Translations under genes and position numbers: made by a program
Origin: Chiloscyllium plagiosum
Lineage: Eukaryota
Length of the DNA: 56,177 bases
Assembly: GCF_004010195.1 (NCBI RefSeq)
Contig: NW_025214946.1
Span: 1 to 56,177, forward strand
Direction of reading: 5' to 3'
Shown here: positions 24,310 to 37,210 of the stretch, piece after piece
Layout of the letters: every line of letters begins with the position of its first letter
Numbering within the stretch: position 1 is the stretch's first letter
Notes under the pieces: model-generated
The model's input: the letters and a program-made list of their open reading frames with translations, nothing else
Told to the model about the DNA's origin: nothing
The model's database searches: none

Positions 24310-26740
24310 CATGTGAGAGATACAATCAACATGTTCAACGGAACAAAATTCAAAGAGATTTTGAACTCAGCACTGGCGTGTGTGAGGTGATTCGGGTCAT
24401 TACCAACAGCAGCAGAATTGTACTCCTGCACAATTTTCACTGGAACTGCCTGGCATGTGCTCCACAATACCCTGACCATCAGGCCAGGGTATAATCCCTT
24501 GTTCAATGAAGAACACAGGATGGCCGGTCAAGAGCAGCACTAGATACACCTCACAATGATGTGACATTACCAAACAGGAACACTTACTCACCAAATAGTA
24601 TAAACAGCCAGTGACAGACAGATCTAACGAACAAATCAGACTTAATTTCTGCAATCCTGGCACATGCAATCAGCGTGAATTGTGTGGTCAAGTAAACAAC
24701 TCACTGGAAGAGTAGGATACACAAATATCGCCTTCCTCAACTACGGAAGGGCCCAGCAGAACAAAGGAAAAGCTAGGGATGAAACATTCACAACAATGTT
24801 CAGACCGAAGTGTCGATGGGATGACCTACTTTAGTCTTATCCAGATGGGAGTCTTCAGCTAATTTGATTCACTGTGTATGGTATCTACAAACGACTGGAG
24901 GGATGGGATAGTGCAATTGATGGGGGCTCTGATAACATTCCATTCAAACTATTCCAGCAGGGATATTGCACTGGGACCTACCTGACAATGTGGGAAACTA
25001 TCCGGGTGTGTCCTGTACACACAGACAAAACATCAGACAATCAATGACTGCCCCATTGCTCTAATCCCTATCATTAATAAAGTGATGGAAGATGTCACCA
25101 CAGTGGGATCAAGCAGCACTTCCTCAGCACCAACCCGCTCACTGAAGCTCAGTTTGGGCTCTCATCCCTTGTGCTCATCGAAGTTTTGGTTTACCGATAT
25201 ACAACAAGAAAACACACAGCTGAATTCTAGAGATGAGGCGACAGGGACTGCACTTAGTTTCATCATAACTGCGTTTGATCAAGTGTCGTATCCAGGATTA
25301 ACGGCAAAACTGGAGCAAATAGGAATTGTCTGCACTGGCTGAAGTGATACCTGGTACAAAGGAAGGTATTTGGGCAGCAGTCACATCAGCTCCAGTTCTC
25401 CAGGGGAGGGGTTTCTTTGTAAGCCTGTAGGTCAGAAATGGAAGAGTAAGCCACCATACTCCTACAGGATGATAGGGATGCTCGCTTGTTAGACAGAGAC
25501 GACTGGTGGTATTTTCACTGGACAGTCATCATGCCTCAAGTAAGGGAGAGGTTGAGTAGGACAGTCCGTTAGTCATCCCAGTCAGTGCAGGAATTGAACC
25601 CATATTGTTGGCATTAATAACTAATCGTCCAACCGATTGTGCTAACCAAGTCCGCACTCAGCTCCTTGGGATAAATATTGTAACATTAATCCGTTCCGAT
25701 ATGTTGTCAGAAACCTCTGGAGCAGGACGAACTCGAATCCAGCTTCCTAGCTCAGAGAGTGGGCAGCATCAGTGAGCTCTCAGACTGCTCTCTGTCCTAA
25801 GCCTAATCATAAATGACCATCCCCAAGCTCCAAAATCACAAGTGGAGTTGCTTGCTAATGATTGGACAATGTTCAACACTATTTGTGATTTACTCAGGTA
25901 CTGAAGCAATCCGTATCCAAATGCAACAAGGACCTGGAAATATGCGGGTTTGTGCTTAATAGTGACAAGTACCATTTCCATTACACATGTGCCAGACAAC
26001 GATTACCTCTAACAATCGAAAATTGAACCATATTATCTAACGTTCAATGCCACCACCATCACTGAACTCCCACCTAGCAATATCCTGGGAATTACCGTTA
26101 ACCAGAACTGGACTGACCATATAATTTCATTACCCATTCCTGTAAAGGGCTAATGCGAAAACGTCGAGTCTCCTGTACCTCAGGTGCTGCCTGACCTGTT
26201 GTGCTTGTCCAGTGTTACACTTTGATGCATATAAATTAAACGACTACAATAATATGTCAGGGGCTAGGAATCCTGCAGAAATAATTTATCTCATGATTTC
26301 CAAAAGCCTGTCACCCATCTAGAAGACACACACTGAATGTGTGTGTGATGAAATACCCACCGTTTGCCTGTGTTAGTGCAGCTTTACCCCTCATCCACTG
26401 ACACTCAATAGCAGCAATACCTGCCATCTACACGGTGCTCTGCAGAAATTTACCAAGGCGCCTTACAACGTACCTTTGAAGCCCGACCATCAACAAGGAC
26501 AAAGGAAACAGATACATGGGACCCCCACCATGTTCACGTTCCAATCCCAGCTGCCCACCATCCTGATTTAGGAAGTATATTGCTGTTCCTTCAGTGCCAC
26601 TGTTTCAAAGACCCTCGCTAATGCACATCTACATCACATGAACTGCAACGGGTCAATGTGACAGTTCAACACCTTCTCAAGGGCAACCCGAAACAGGCAA
26701 GAAATACCGTCCCAATCATATTCCATGAAGAAATTAAAAT
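24310..26740 (+). mobile_element. Old CR1/L2-type LINE ORF2 with nested SINE and pLTR pieces
   Basis: Decayed RT motifs (ITAFDQV..GL.AKL), ctctaatccctatcattaataaagtgatggaag, and a 3' tail shared with the Deu SINEs. Confidence 0.6.
25440..25655 (-). mobile_element. tRNA-derived SINE, degraded
   Basis: Minus-strand A box (tggttagcacaatcgg) and B box (gggttcaattcc). Confidence 0.5.
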
Positions 26741-27057
26741 GAAAAATATTGTCCAAGCATGCCAAATGCTGGACCCTGAGTATTGGGCTTTGTGAGCTCA
26801 GACTGGTTGGGTCTCGGCAGTATCTTGATTGTTCTGAACAGCTGAAGGGATATATTGTTTGAAATAATCTGTCAGTCTTTCAGACGCATTGTCTACATAC
26901 GTCACACATACACACATACACTGACATTCACATCCCACATTACTGAGCTCTAAGATAGGCAGAAGCAATTGAAAATATATCCATATCAGACTGTAACATC
27001 TTTAAACAGACAGTGATATTGTTGCCACGAAAATGATTATGAATGGATATTAGCAGG

Positions 27058-27155
27058 GAGAAAGTGAGGACAGCAGATGCTGCAGATCAGAGTCAAAAAG
27101 GTGTGGTTCTGGAAAAGCACAGCCATTCAGGCAGCATCTGAAGAACAGGAGGGTC
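27058..27155 (-). mobile_element. Penelope pLTR fragment
   Basis: gagaaagtgaggacagcagatgctg..ctggaaaagcacagc..tcaggcagcatc. Confidence 0.7.
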
Positions 27156-28669
27156 AACTATTAGTTCACAGTAGTAATACAAAGGAGAATAATTGCATAT
27201 TTTCAAAGTCCTTGCACTTAATAATAATTTGGTCTTGGGTGTGGTAATGAGACTCTACATTTCAATGCTCCTTACCATGAGTTGGGCACTGTTTTCATCA
27301 TATCGTTGTTATAAAAGTGAACGGAATAAATGGGTGGATTTTGTGCTTATTGGACAATCTACAAGTTGGTATTATGAACGGTTATCGTACCTTCAGTAAA
27401 GAGACTTTGCTGTTAACGGTTAGAACAACGCTGTAAACATTTACACAGAGATTTCCAGCTCAAGTCACACACAAGGTTGTTGGGCTGGGATCATACTGGC
27501 CATCAATGGAGCTGCACAATTCTGTTTGGATATTGGATATTATAACACTGGATATGGTTTATGAGGGATTCAATGTATGATGCTATGTGCTGCAGGAGCC
27601 CATCACCTTTATAGCACCTTCATTCAGGATCAGATCCAAGTTACAGAACTACAGAGTTTAGGGGCCATACCAGAAGAAATATTCTTGCAAGACATGGTTG
27701 TTCACAGGTCATTGTTACAAATGTTGAACTGGGTCTAGACCAGCGCCATGTGCTAGGCCATTGTCCAGTCTGCCCCACACACATCTCCCTGTTGTTCAGT
27801 TATGTCTCTAGCCAGTCTATTGTGAGGGATGGTGTGAGTAACTGCCCAGCTCCAGTTTGGAAGCTCTGTGGACAGATTTTGGAGATGGCTAGTGTTTTGG
27901 AGTTCATGGTGAGGCTCAGTAACACTGTGTCTGAATTCAGGCTTTTTTTCAAAGTCTTTTTCAACAGCTTTGCTGCCTACAAGATGGTGTGTTCATTCAT
28001 CTGAACATCAATCAGCTGTTTACTACAGTCACTGAATTGTGTAATAGTTAGCTGTGCGCTCTGGTATTTCAATTATTGTTCACTTCAATTCTTTTCAACT
28101 GAAAAATAATGAAGTTTGGTTTATTTTAAATATGTAAGAAAAGTGATGTTAACTCTTCATTATACAAAAAGGAAAAGTGATCTGTTGTATATTTCCCACG
28201 GACTAATCAAGCAACAGTCAGATATTGTCTGTAAAGCAGGATTCTGTGAACAGGACTATGTCCCAGGCAACATCATCACCCAGGCTGAAGGGGCAGCTCC
28301 TTGGTCAGTATAGTGCTTGGTATTGATGCTGGATTCTGTGGCTGCGAGACTGCTCTGTGGCTGGTTATGGGGGAATCAATAAAAGGGAAACCTATAATTG
28401 ACTACATCATCACCGATCTGCCTGCAGCAGGTACACCTCTCCCTTTCATATATCGGTAAGAATGGTCAGTGCACAGTCCTTATGGGGAACAGGGGCTACC
28501 TTCACATTTTACAGACTCCCCTCACCATGATTTGTAGCCCCCTGGGCAGTGAATGATGCAGTCTTTAAATAGATTGAGAAACTAATGATGATGCATCCAT
28601 GAAGTGTAGAGGGCCATCGGCAGGAGCAGAATCATATTCTGCACAACTCATACAGTCTGCAACCTCACA

Positions 28670-29060
28670 GCCAGACATACCTCCCACTGTACCATAACCA
28701 TCACGGCCCGACATACCTCCCACTGTACAGTAACCATCACGGCCTGACATACCTCCCACTGTACAGTAACCATCTAGGCCCGACATACCTCCCACTGTAC
28801 AGTAACCATCACGGCCTGACATACTTCCCATTGTACAGTAACCATCACACCCCGACATACCTGCCACTGTACAGTAACCATCACGGCCTGACATATCTCC
28901 CACTGTACAGTAACCATCACGGCCCGGCATACCTCCCACTGTACAGTAACCATCACACCCCGACATACCTCCCACTGTACAGTAACCATCACGGAGTGAA
29001 ATACCTCCCACTGTACAGTAACCATCACGGTCCAATATGCCTCCTCTACGGTAACCATCA
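28670..29060. repeat. 36-bp minisatellite, ~10 copies
   Basis: catacctcccactgtacagtaaccatcacggcccga repeated. Confidence 0.97.
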
Positions 29061-29062
29061 AG

Positions 29063-29345
29063 AGCGGCATGGTGGTTCAGTGGTTAGCACTGCTGCCTCA
29101 CAGCACCAAGGATCGAGGGTGAATGTGTGGAGTTTGCACGTTCCCCCCCGCCCCCCGTGTCTTCGTGGGTTTCCTCCCAAAGGCAAAAGATGTGCAGGTC
29201 ATGTGAATTGGCCATGCTAACTTGCCCATAGTGTTAGGTGCTTTAGTCACAGGGAAATGGGTCTGGGTGTGTTACTCTTCGGAAGTTTGGTGTGGACTGT
29301 TGGGCCGCTGGTCCTGTTTTCGCACTGTCGGGAATCTAATCTACT
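29063..29345 (+). mobile_element. HE1-type V-SINE, internally deleted
   Basis: gcggcatggtggttcagtggttagcactgctgcctcacagc..tgtggagtttgcacgttc..aatctaatct tail. Confidence 0.85.
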
Positions 29346-29449
29346 CTCCAAGGTTCAAGTCGGGAATATGATGGAATAATCAATTATCTGAATGAGTGCA
29401 GGTCCAACAGCACTCTAGTGTGGACTTACTAGCAACAGGCAACACAGTT

Positions 29450-30990
29450 GTGTGGGGAAGATCCTGTCTCACAAACTTGATTGATAATTTTGAGGAAGTG
29501 ACAAAATCGATTGATGAAGGCATGGGGCTGGATATTGGCCGTTTGAACCTTAGCAAGGCATTTGATATGGTTCCTTATGGCAGGCTGATACAGAAGGTGA
29601 AGTGAAATGGGATCAGCGGTCAGTTACTAAGATGGATAGAGAACTGCTTGGTCATAGAAGACAGAGTAGTGATGGAACAGTGTTTTTGTGACTGGAGACC
29701 TGGTGATTGGTGGAGTTGCAGATTGTGAGGATGATTGCCAGAAAATGCAGCAGGATATAGGTCAGCTGCAGACTTGGATAGAGAAAACACAGATGTAACT
29801 TTATTTGGACAACTGTGACGTAATGTGTTTTAGAAGGTCTAATGCAGGAGAGAAGTGGATGGAAAAACTACTGGCCGCATCAACATCCGAAGAGATCTAG
29901 ATGCATAGCTCCACAGTTCCCTTAAAGTGGCAACGCGGGTGGATAGGGTGATCAAGAAGACTGAGGGCAAACTTGCAGACAGGCATCCGAGCATGCAGCA
30001 TGAAAATTAGCAGGTCATATTGCAGCTGTAGAGAAAATTAGTTCGGGCACATTTGGAATATTGTATACAGTACTGGTTGCCACATGATGTGGAAGTGTTG
30101 GAGAGGATATGGAAAAGTTTTACCAGTATGTTGTCTGGTCTGTATTAGCCAGAAGGAGAAATTGAACAAACATGTTTTTTTTTGCATCTGGGCATCATTG
30201 ACTATGGGGCAAACTGATAGACATTTACAAAACTGTCAGAGGCATTGATAGAAGGACAGTTAGAAGCCTTTTCCCAGAGGAGATATATCAATTACTAGGG
30301 ACCATAGGTTTTAGGTAAAAGGGAGAAAGTTCAGGGGACATGATAGCTAAGTTTTTTTTTGCTTTTCCAGACAGAATGTGCAAGTGACTGGAATGCACTG
30401 ATAGAGGGGAAGTAGCTAATATAGCAAGAATTAAGAGATATCTTGGCACAGAGAAGAGAAAGCGAATATTGTATACAGTACTGGTTGCAACACGATGTGG
30501 AAGTGTTGGAGAGGATATGGAAAAGTTTTACCAGCATGTTGTCTGGTCTGTATTAGCCAGAAGGAGAAATTGAACAAACATGTTTTTTTTTGCATCTGGG
30601 CATCATTGACTATGGGGCAACCTGATAGACATTTACAAAACTATCAGAGGCATTGATAGAAGGACAGTTAGAGGCCTTTTCCCAGAGGAGATATATCAAT
30701 TACTAGGGACCATAGGTTTTAGGTAAAAGGGAGAATGTTCAGGAGACATGATAGGTAAGTTTATTTTTGCTTTTCCAGACAGAATGTGTAAGTGACTGAA
30801 ATGCACTGATAGAGGGGAAGGAGCTAATATAGCAAGAATTAAGAGATATCTTGGCACAGAGAAGAGAAAGCAGCATAAAGAATGACATAGAATGTGTAGA
30901 AGCAAAAACTTTCGTTTGAACGTTCGAAGGGCATCATGTGTCAGTGTGGGCTCGCTGGGCAGGACAGCCTGTTCCTGTGCTGGACTGTTC
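29450..30990 (+). mobile_element. CR1 RT/3' end with a 408-bp tandem duplication (30056-30463, 30464-30871)
   Basis: GRSCLTNLI..FEEVTK..LSKAFDMVP; duplicated gaatattgtatacagtactgg block. Confidence 0.88.
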
Positions 30991-31371
30991 TTTAAGTCAA
31001 GATTTGAGTGCAGCAGTGGCGAGGTGCTGACTGAATGATGACTGATGATCAACAGCCACATTATTGTAGTTCTTTCCTCATTAAATTTCACCTTCATATC
31101 ATCCCTCTCACTGTGGGGAAGCTCAATATGGAGAATTTGACATGAATGCTAGAATTGGTAACTGTGACTCGATCTTGCATCTTGCTCCTGCGGCCTTCTC
31201 TCTTGGACACCAACGTCTTGGGTGACAATGCACGAACAGAAACTACATGTACTCCACACCCACCAATGCTGGTATCTGTCACATACCAGCCTCACCATGC
31301 ATTCCGAGCACATATCCGACTCACTGACAGTACACTTCTGTACTTCAATACTGCAGCTCCTTACAAATTGT

Positions 31372-31720
31372 AAGGACACTGCTCAGGGATACACACACAA
31401 CTCATGGACTGTCCCTCTGGTCTGCTCACTGTGTGCTTGTACATACTCAATACTGCTGCAAGGAAACTGAGCTCAGGGACACACACCCAGCTCATGGACT
31501 GTCCCTCTGGGCTGCTCACTGTGTGCTTGTACAGACTCAATACTGCTGCAAGGTCACTGTGCTCAGGGATACACACCCAGATCATGGCCTGTCCTGCTGG
31601 GCTGTTCACTCCGTGTTTATACACACTCAATACTGCCGCAATGACACTGTGCTCAGGGACATACACTCAGCTCATGGACTGTCCCTCTGGTCTGCTCACT
31701 CCGTGCTTGTACACACTCAC
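31372..31720. repeat. 90-bp minisatellite, ~4 copies
   Basis: ctcatggact/atcatggcct recurs at 31401, 31491, 31581 and 31671. Confidence 0.95.
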
Positions 31721-31877
31721 TTTGAGCTGACTTGAATATTCGCAGAATTATTGCCTTGCCTTACCCTGCCTTTAGCAGTGCTACCCCTCAGCCAGAGGTA
31801 CCAGGCTCACCCGTCTGCTGTATTGTCTTGGTGTTTAGCACAGACACAAACCCAGGAAGCTTGGTATCATTGTCCAC

Positions 31878-32022
31878 AGTCAGTCACAGTGCCCAGCACA
31901 GTGATTCAGGGGTTGTCTCAGATCCCAGTCCGGGAGCTCGGACACGGTCAGTCACGGTGCCCAGCACAGTGAGTCGGGGTGAGTCTCAGATCACAGTCCG
32001 GGAGCTTGGACAAAGTCAGTCA
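31878..32022. repeat. ~70-bp tandem repeat, 2 copies
   Basis: gtcagtcac.gtgcccagcacagtga..tctcagatc.cagtccgggagct.ggaca twice. Confidence 0.85.
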
Positions 32023-32044
32023 GCCTCTCATGGTTGTTAGAGTC

Positions 32045-32649
32045 AGGATCCTTCCCCAGGGATGGGGTTAGGAGATGAATGTTGGTGAGCCACTTCTCCC
32101 TCTTGGCTCTTTCTGCTCTCGTGTGGGGTGGTTCCTTCCGAAATGTGAGAATTACCAAGCGGTATTAAGGGAGGTGGAATTGTTTGTAACAGCTGGTACA
32201 GCTGGGGGAAAGGTAGCGTGGTGTCTAAGTGAGTGAGTAGGCAGCAACAGACACCAGGCAGAGTTGGGGAGAGGGACAGAGAAGCAGTTAGAGAGAGACT
32301 GAGAGAAGTTACTGCATTCAGTGAGAATGGGAAAACATGAGCCTTGGTAGGAGGTGGGTGCAGTAACAGAGAGAGTGAGGGTGAAGGCACGAAGTGCAGA
32401 TGGTGGTACTTACCCTGGTGGAGTGGGGAAGGTCACCGACCGCCTTTCTACTATGTTGGGCATTCACCCAGAAGGCTGGCATCTCACTGACACTGGGGTC
32501 AACAACGGGCGAAGGTGGCAGGATCTGGTGCCATGGCCTCTCCTGCCAGTCTTAGAGGAAGATAATGTCCCTCTCCTGCACCATGTCATCCACCAGAATC
32601 TCAGGTGCTTGTCCACAAAGTGGGGCCCTAGTCTTATCCCCTCTGCCAT
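32045..32649 (-). pseudogene. Harbinger-type Myb/SANT (trihelix) DNA-binding gene relic, two exons
   Basis: With one frameshift: MAEG..PHFVDKHLEILVDDMVQERDIIF*..VS..NAQHSRKAVGDL..TR|gtaagt; downstream HTRAERAK...NIHLLTP. Confidence 0.6.
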
Positions 32650-33059
32650 GTCAAGGGCAGTTTCGGATCGACAGTCCAAGAGTATAATGACTTTTTAAAG
32701 ATGGCCACTTTAACAGGGAGGCCAGTGCATTCTGGGATATCCAGGCAATGGGCAGTTGTTATGACAAAGAGGCATAACACATCAGATTAGTGTCAGATGA
32801 GAGGAAGACCACATAGGCAGGGAAGGTAGTTAATGAGGCAGATTGGGGATGGTATCATGAGAAAATGCACTTCACCTTGTGGAGAGTAATCCTTCATGAA
32901 ACTTGACTAAAATGGGACTTGACCAAATCATAACATGGTTTAGGTTTCTGTCTTTCTGAATCAAAGTAGGGATGAAATATTGGGAACAATAAACTTGGAG
33001 CGGAGAATTTTACATGAGATTCAAATCCTTAAAATAGGGGTAACACAATGTTCCAGACT

Positions 33060-34140
33060 GTTAAAAGGAGCCGGGGAAAATCCCCTGCCTTATAGTTACC
33101 TACATTATCCAATCCTCCGTGGATGCAGGGATGGTGCCGGAGGACTGGAAAATGGCTAATACCGCAGCTTTGTTTAATGTGGAGCAAGGGACAGCCTGAG
33201 AAGGTCGAGGCTGGAATTCTGAGACAGTGGGTAAACGGTCACTGAGGAAGTCGCAGGGACTCCAGGACAGTCAGTCTGTATTTGTTCAAGGAAGATCGTG
33301 TGTAATGAATCTGACTGTGTCGGTTTGAGGCAGTAACTTGTAACTGCATGTGAATGACTTGGATTTGACGAGAGAGCCCATGGCAGGCTGCTTAAAAACA
33401 GAAACTATGGGGTCCAGGTGAATGAAGCAAACAACCCAGAGAAGTGCAAGGCAAGGCATTTGGGGACATCAACAATAGAGAGGAATGGACAATAAATGAG
33501 AGTATGGTCAATGTGGGCAGATAAATGAAGGTAGCTAGAAACACCAATAATCTCGTTAATGTAGTAAATGGCATTATTTCGTCTGTCAGACAAAATACTC
33601 TTCAGCGCAGGTAGCTTATACAGGAACTGTATAAATAATGAGCTCAGTCACAGCATGGGGACTGTGTACAGTTCTGGTCACCCCATCACATGGAAGGATG
33701 GAATTGGACTGGAGAGGGTACAGAGGAGATTCTTCACCCTGTGACAGTGGAAGTGTAGTTATGAGGAAAGATTGGAACGGAGGATGCTGAGAGGAGATTT
33801 GATTGTGGTGCACATATTGTCAGGGGCCTGGGTAGAAAGGGAGAGAACACCTTGTTCCTGCTGGAGAGCTCAGTTACCAGTGGCGAATATTTAATCTAAT
33901 TGATTGAAATATCAGAAAAGTAGTGAGGAAGGTTGTTTTTTCACCCAGAATATGGTCGGGATCTGGGAGTCACACATGGAAGCGGAGTAGAGGCAGAAAC
34001 TCTCAAACCATTTTAAAAAGGTGCCGGGATCTGCATCTGAAGTCCTACAGCATCCGGGGAGACAGAACTAGGGCTTCAACCAACAATGATACGTCTTGCC
34101 CAATGCAGACAGTGGACAGAGTGATCTCCTCTGTACTGTG
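33060..34140 (+). mobile_element. Old CR1 ORF2 fragments
   Basis: gtgccggaggactggaaaatggctaat (VPEDWKMAN), ctggagagggtacagaggagatt (LERVQRRF). Confidence 0.7.
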
Positions 34141-34250
34141 CTATTTTCTGAAGTTTTCAAAGGTTACCAACATCTGATAGGATCAATACGTAGAGATGAG
34201 GGTTGAGGGCAGGGAGGAGCAGCGTGTAAATTGATTAGCATCACAATAAT

Positions 34251-34581
34251 CAGTGGGCGACACGGTGGCACAGTGGTTAGCACTGCTGCCTCACAGCGCC
34301 TGTGACCCGGGTTCAATTCCCGCCTCAGGCGACTGACTGTGTGGAGTTTGCACGTTCTCCCCGTGTCTGCGTGGGTTTCCTCCGGGTGCTCCGGTTTCCT
34401 CCCACATTCCAAAGATGTGCAGGTCAGGTGAATTGGCTATGCTAAATTGCCCGTAGCGTTAGATAAGGGGTAAATGTAGGGGTATGGGTGGGTTGCGCTT
34501 CGGCGGGTGGGTGTGGACTTGTTGGGCCGAAGAGCCTGTTTCCACACTGTAATCTAATCTAATCTAATCTAATCTAATCTA
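34251..34581 (+). mobile_element. Full-length young HE1-type V-SINE
   Basis: A box tggcacagtgg, B box gggttcaattcc, V-domain, (aatct)n tail. Confidence 0.95.
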
Positions 34582-34599
34582 AATAATACTGATCCCATC

Positions 34600-36470
34600 C
34601 TTTATACACAATGCTACTTCCCAGTGTTGGCCTATTTACCCTTCCTGTGTAAATGGGGAAAACCTTTGATTATCCGGAACTGTCGTGGTCACACTGCAAC
34701 CCCATCTCCATAATGACAGCTATATCTGATCTGGTTCCCATGATTTAAAGGAACCATTTCACTGACCTTGTTGAAAGGTTCCAAGCTTCACTCTTGCACC
34801 ATTGAAAGCTGTTCTTGGTCAACTAATGTTTCTCACGCTCAATTATTCTGTACCATCACCCTGAACTTTACAATATAATGATCACTATGCCCCAAAACGT
34901 TCCCCTACTGACACTGGATCCACTTGTCCACCTCTTTCCTAAGGACCAGGTCCAACAGTACATACTCTCTTGGGCTGGACACAAACTCCTGAAGTGAGCT
35001 CTCCTCCATGTAATCCAGGAACACTTGCCCCTCGTGATCCTTCATCGCCAGTATCTCTGTCTGTTGTCTGGAAATATTAAGTTTCTCAGTATAACTAATC
35101 TGGAGTATTGTCATCGCTCTCAAATGATCCTGCATATTTATTCTCCATCATTTATTTGGTTGCTGGCCAAATCAGCAAAGTGTAATTGTATACTTGTTGT
35201 GTAGCTCTAGCCAAATTCATTCTGTCCTTGGACGGATTCTCTTTCTCTTGGACCTCTTAACTAACGCTAATCTAAACCAATACTTCTGTCTTCATCCTGT
35301 TCCTGCCCTTCTATCATTTTGGAATCATTTATACTCAGCAATATTTAACACCCAGTCCTGTCATTCCTCGATCCAGCTCTCGGTGATCAGTACTTCAGAT
35401 TTCCACACAGCAATCTGCATCTGGAACTCCCCACACTCCGAGTATTCATGTTCATGCAGAGTACCTCAGATTAAGGCTTTCTTTCTTACTCCATCTTCCA
35501 CTGTTAAACTTGTTGTTGCAAATTAGTACCAACTATATCTCCCATTATTTTGAGAATCTGGTAGTCTCCTCTACTATTCCTTTTTGTATCCTAAGCACAC
35601 ACCCAAGTTCTTTTCAATTCCTCCCAAACACCCTGTAAGAAATTCAGTCCCAGCTCTGTCACTTTCGCCCATCCAGCTCGCACAGTTGCTGCCTTCCCCA
35701 GAACAAGTCCCAATGTTCCAGGAACCTGAAGCCCGTCCTGCTGCACCATCGTTTCAGTCACACTCTCATCTACCTAAAATTCCGAGTCCTGTTCTCACTT
35801 GGACACGGAAATGCGAGTATTCCAGTGATTGCTACATTTTCAGACCTGCTTACTAACCATCCACCGAGCTCCCAAAATTCTGACTCCCAGACCACTTCAC
35901 CCTTCCTACCCAGGTCAATCCTACCAACATGGACATGACCTTTGACTGCTCACTGTTCCCCAGACGAATGTCCTTCAGCCACCGTGACATTCTTTACCCC
36001 ACGACACTGTAGTTACAGACACGCTGACACCTTCTTCACTTTCCTGTCTTCCCTGTGACTATTGCTCCTCCTTCCTTCTCCCTCCCCTCCTGTACAGTCA
36101 AGCTGCTTGTGGTGCCACAGACATGGCTCTGACTGCCCTCCCTTGAGCAGTCTCCATCTTCATCAGCTTCTAAACTGGAAAACCAAATTGGGAGCTAGAC
36201 ACCATGATATTCTTGTATTCACTGACAGTTTCTCTCCGATTGCCTAGTCCCCCAGACACTTCCTTCTTCCAGGCCGTCATGTCTGCCGGGTGATCTGCTG
36301 TGTGTGTGTGCTATCCACCTAACTCTCAGCATCACAGATGCCCCATAGTGTCTCTAGTTGCTGTCTGAGCTCCATGACCCAGTGTCCATCTAGGACACGA
36401 GCAGGGGCTATGACTTCCCATTGTACCAGAACACATTTTCCATCTGACAAATATGTCTTGCCATGTCTTA
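34600..36470 (-). mobile_element. Old CR1 5' half (ORF1 and EN relic)
   Basis: Minus SPREYVLLDLVL (EN); degraded ORF1 esterase-like segments. Confidence 0.55.
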
Positions 36471-36792
36471 AAATGCAACATGTCTGGAGGAACTGTATTA
36501 ATTACTTAGAATGATGTTTACATTCGGGAAATAACAATATGGTTAAGTCCCTTATTCAACTGTGGCTTACTGAGGGTAATTTATTATATTGGCTCATAAT
36601 TTCACTTCTCCCTATTATTTCTGTGTTCAACCGTGATTTCAAAAGTTGAAAAAAAATTGCTAACTTATAGCAATTAACTGACGGTCGCTAATAACGGTGT
36701 ATTTATCAGCCAATGACCTTACAGCCTTTTCTGTGATGGCTCTTGTACTTCTTTCAAACTCAGTGCAGGCAGGTCACAGCAGCAGAAAGTTA

Positions 36793-37210
36793 TCTCTGTG
36801 ACTCCCAGGTACGTGTAATTCTCCAGATCCCACTCCACTCTGCTCCCTCACAGGGTCACCGTCTCTGTGACTCCCAGGAACTTGTAATCCTCCAGCTCCC
36901 ACTCCACTCTGCTCCCTCACAGGGTCACCGTCTCTGTGACTCCCAGGTACGTGTAATCCTCCTGCTCCCACTCCACTCTGCTCCCTCACAGAGTCACCGT
37001 CTCTGTGACCCCCAGGTACGTGTAATCCTCCAGCTCCCACTCCACTCTGCTCGCCCACAGAGTCACCGTCTCTGTGACTCCCAGGTACGTGTACTCCTCC
37101 AGCTCCCACTCCACTTTGCTCCCTCACAGGGTCACCGTCTCTGTGACTCCCAGGTACGTGTAATCCTCCAGCTCCCACTCCACTCTGCTCCCTCACAGGG
37201 TCACTGTCTC
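36793..37210. repeat. 69-bp minisatellite, 6 copies, with decayed copies to ~37530
   Basis: tctctgtgac at 36793, 36862, 36931, 37000, 37069 and 37138. Confidence 0.97.

Noticed and set aside
27170..28250. Non-repetitive-looking stretch as a possible host exon cluster
   Set aside because: No sustained ORF or recognisable protein motif in the frames examined
31885..31975. Several CACAGTG heptamers suggesting V(D)J recombination signals
   Set aside because: No ACAAAAACC-like nonamer at 12 or 23 bp and no V/J coding segment; they sit in a short tandem repeat
34255..34325. tRNA gene
   Set aside because: A and B boxes belong to the SINE head, which continues into the V-domain and tail
23027..37210. 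CRISPR-like appearance of the tandem arrays
   Set aside because: No unique spacers, no cas genes, vertebrate context
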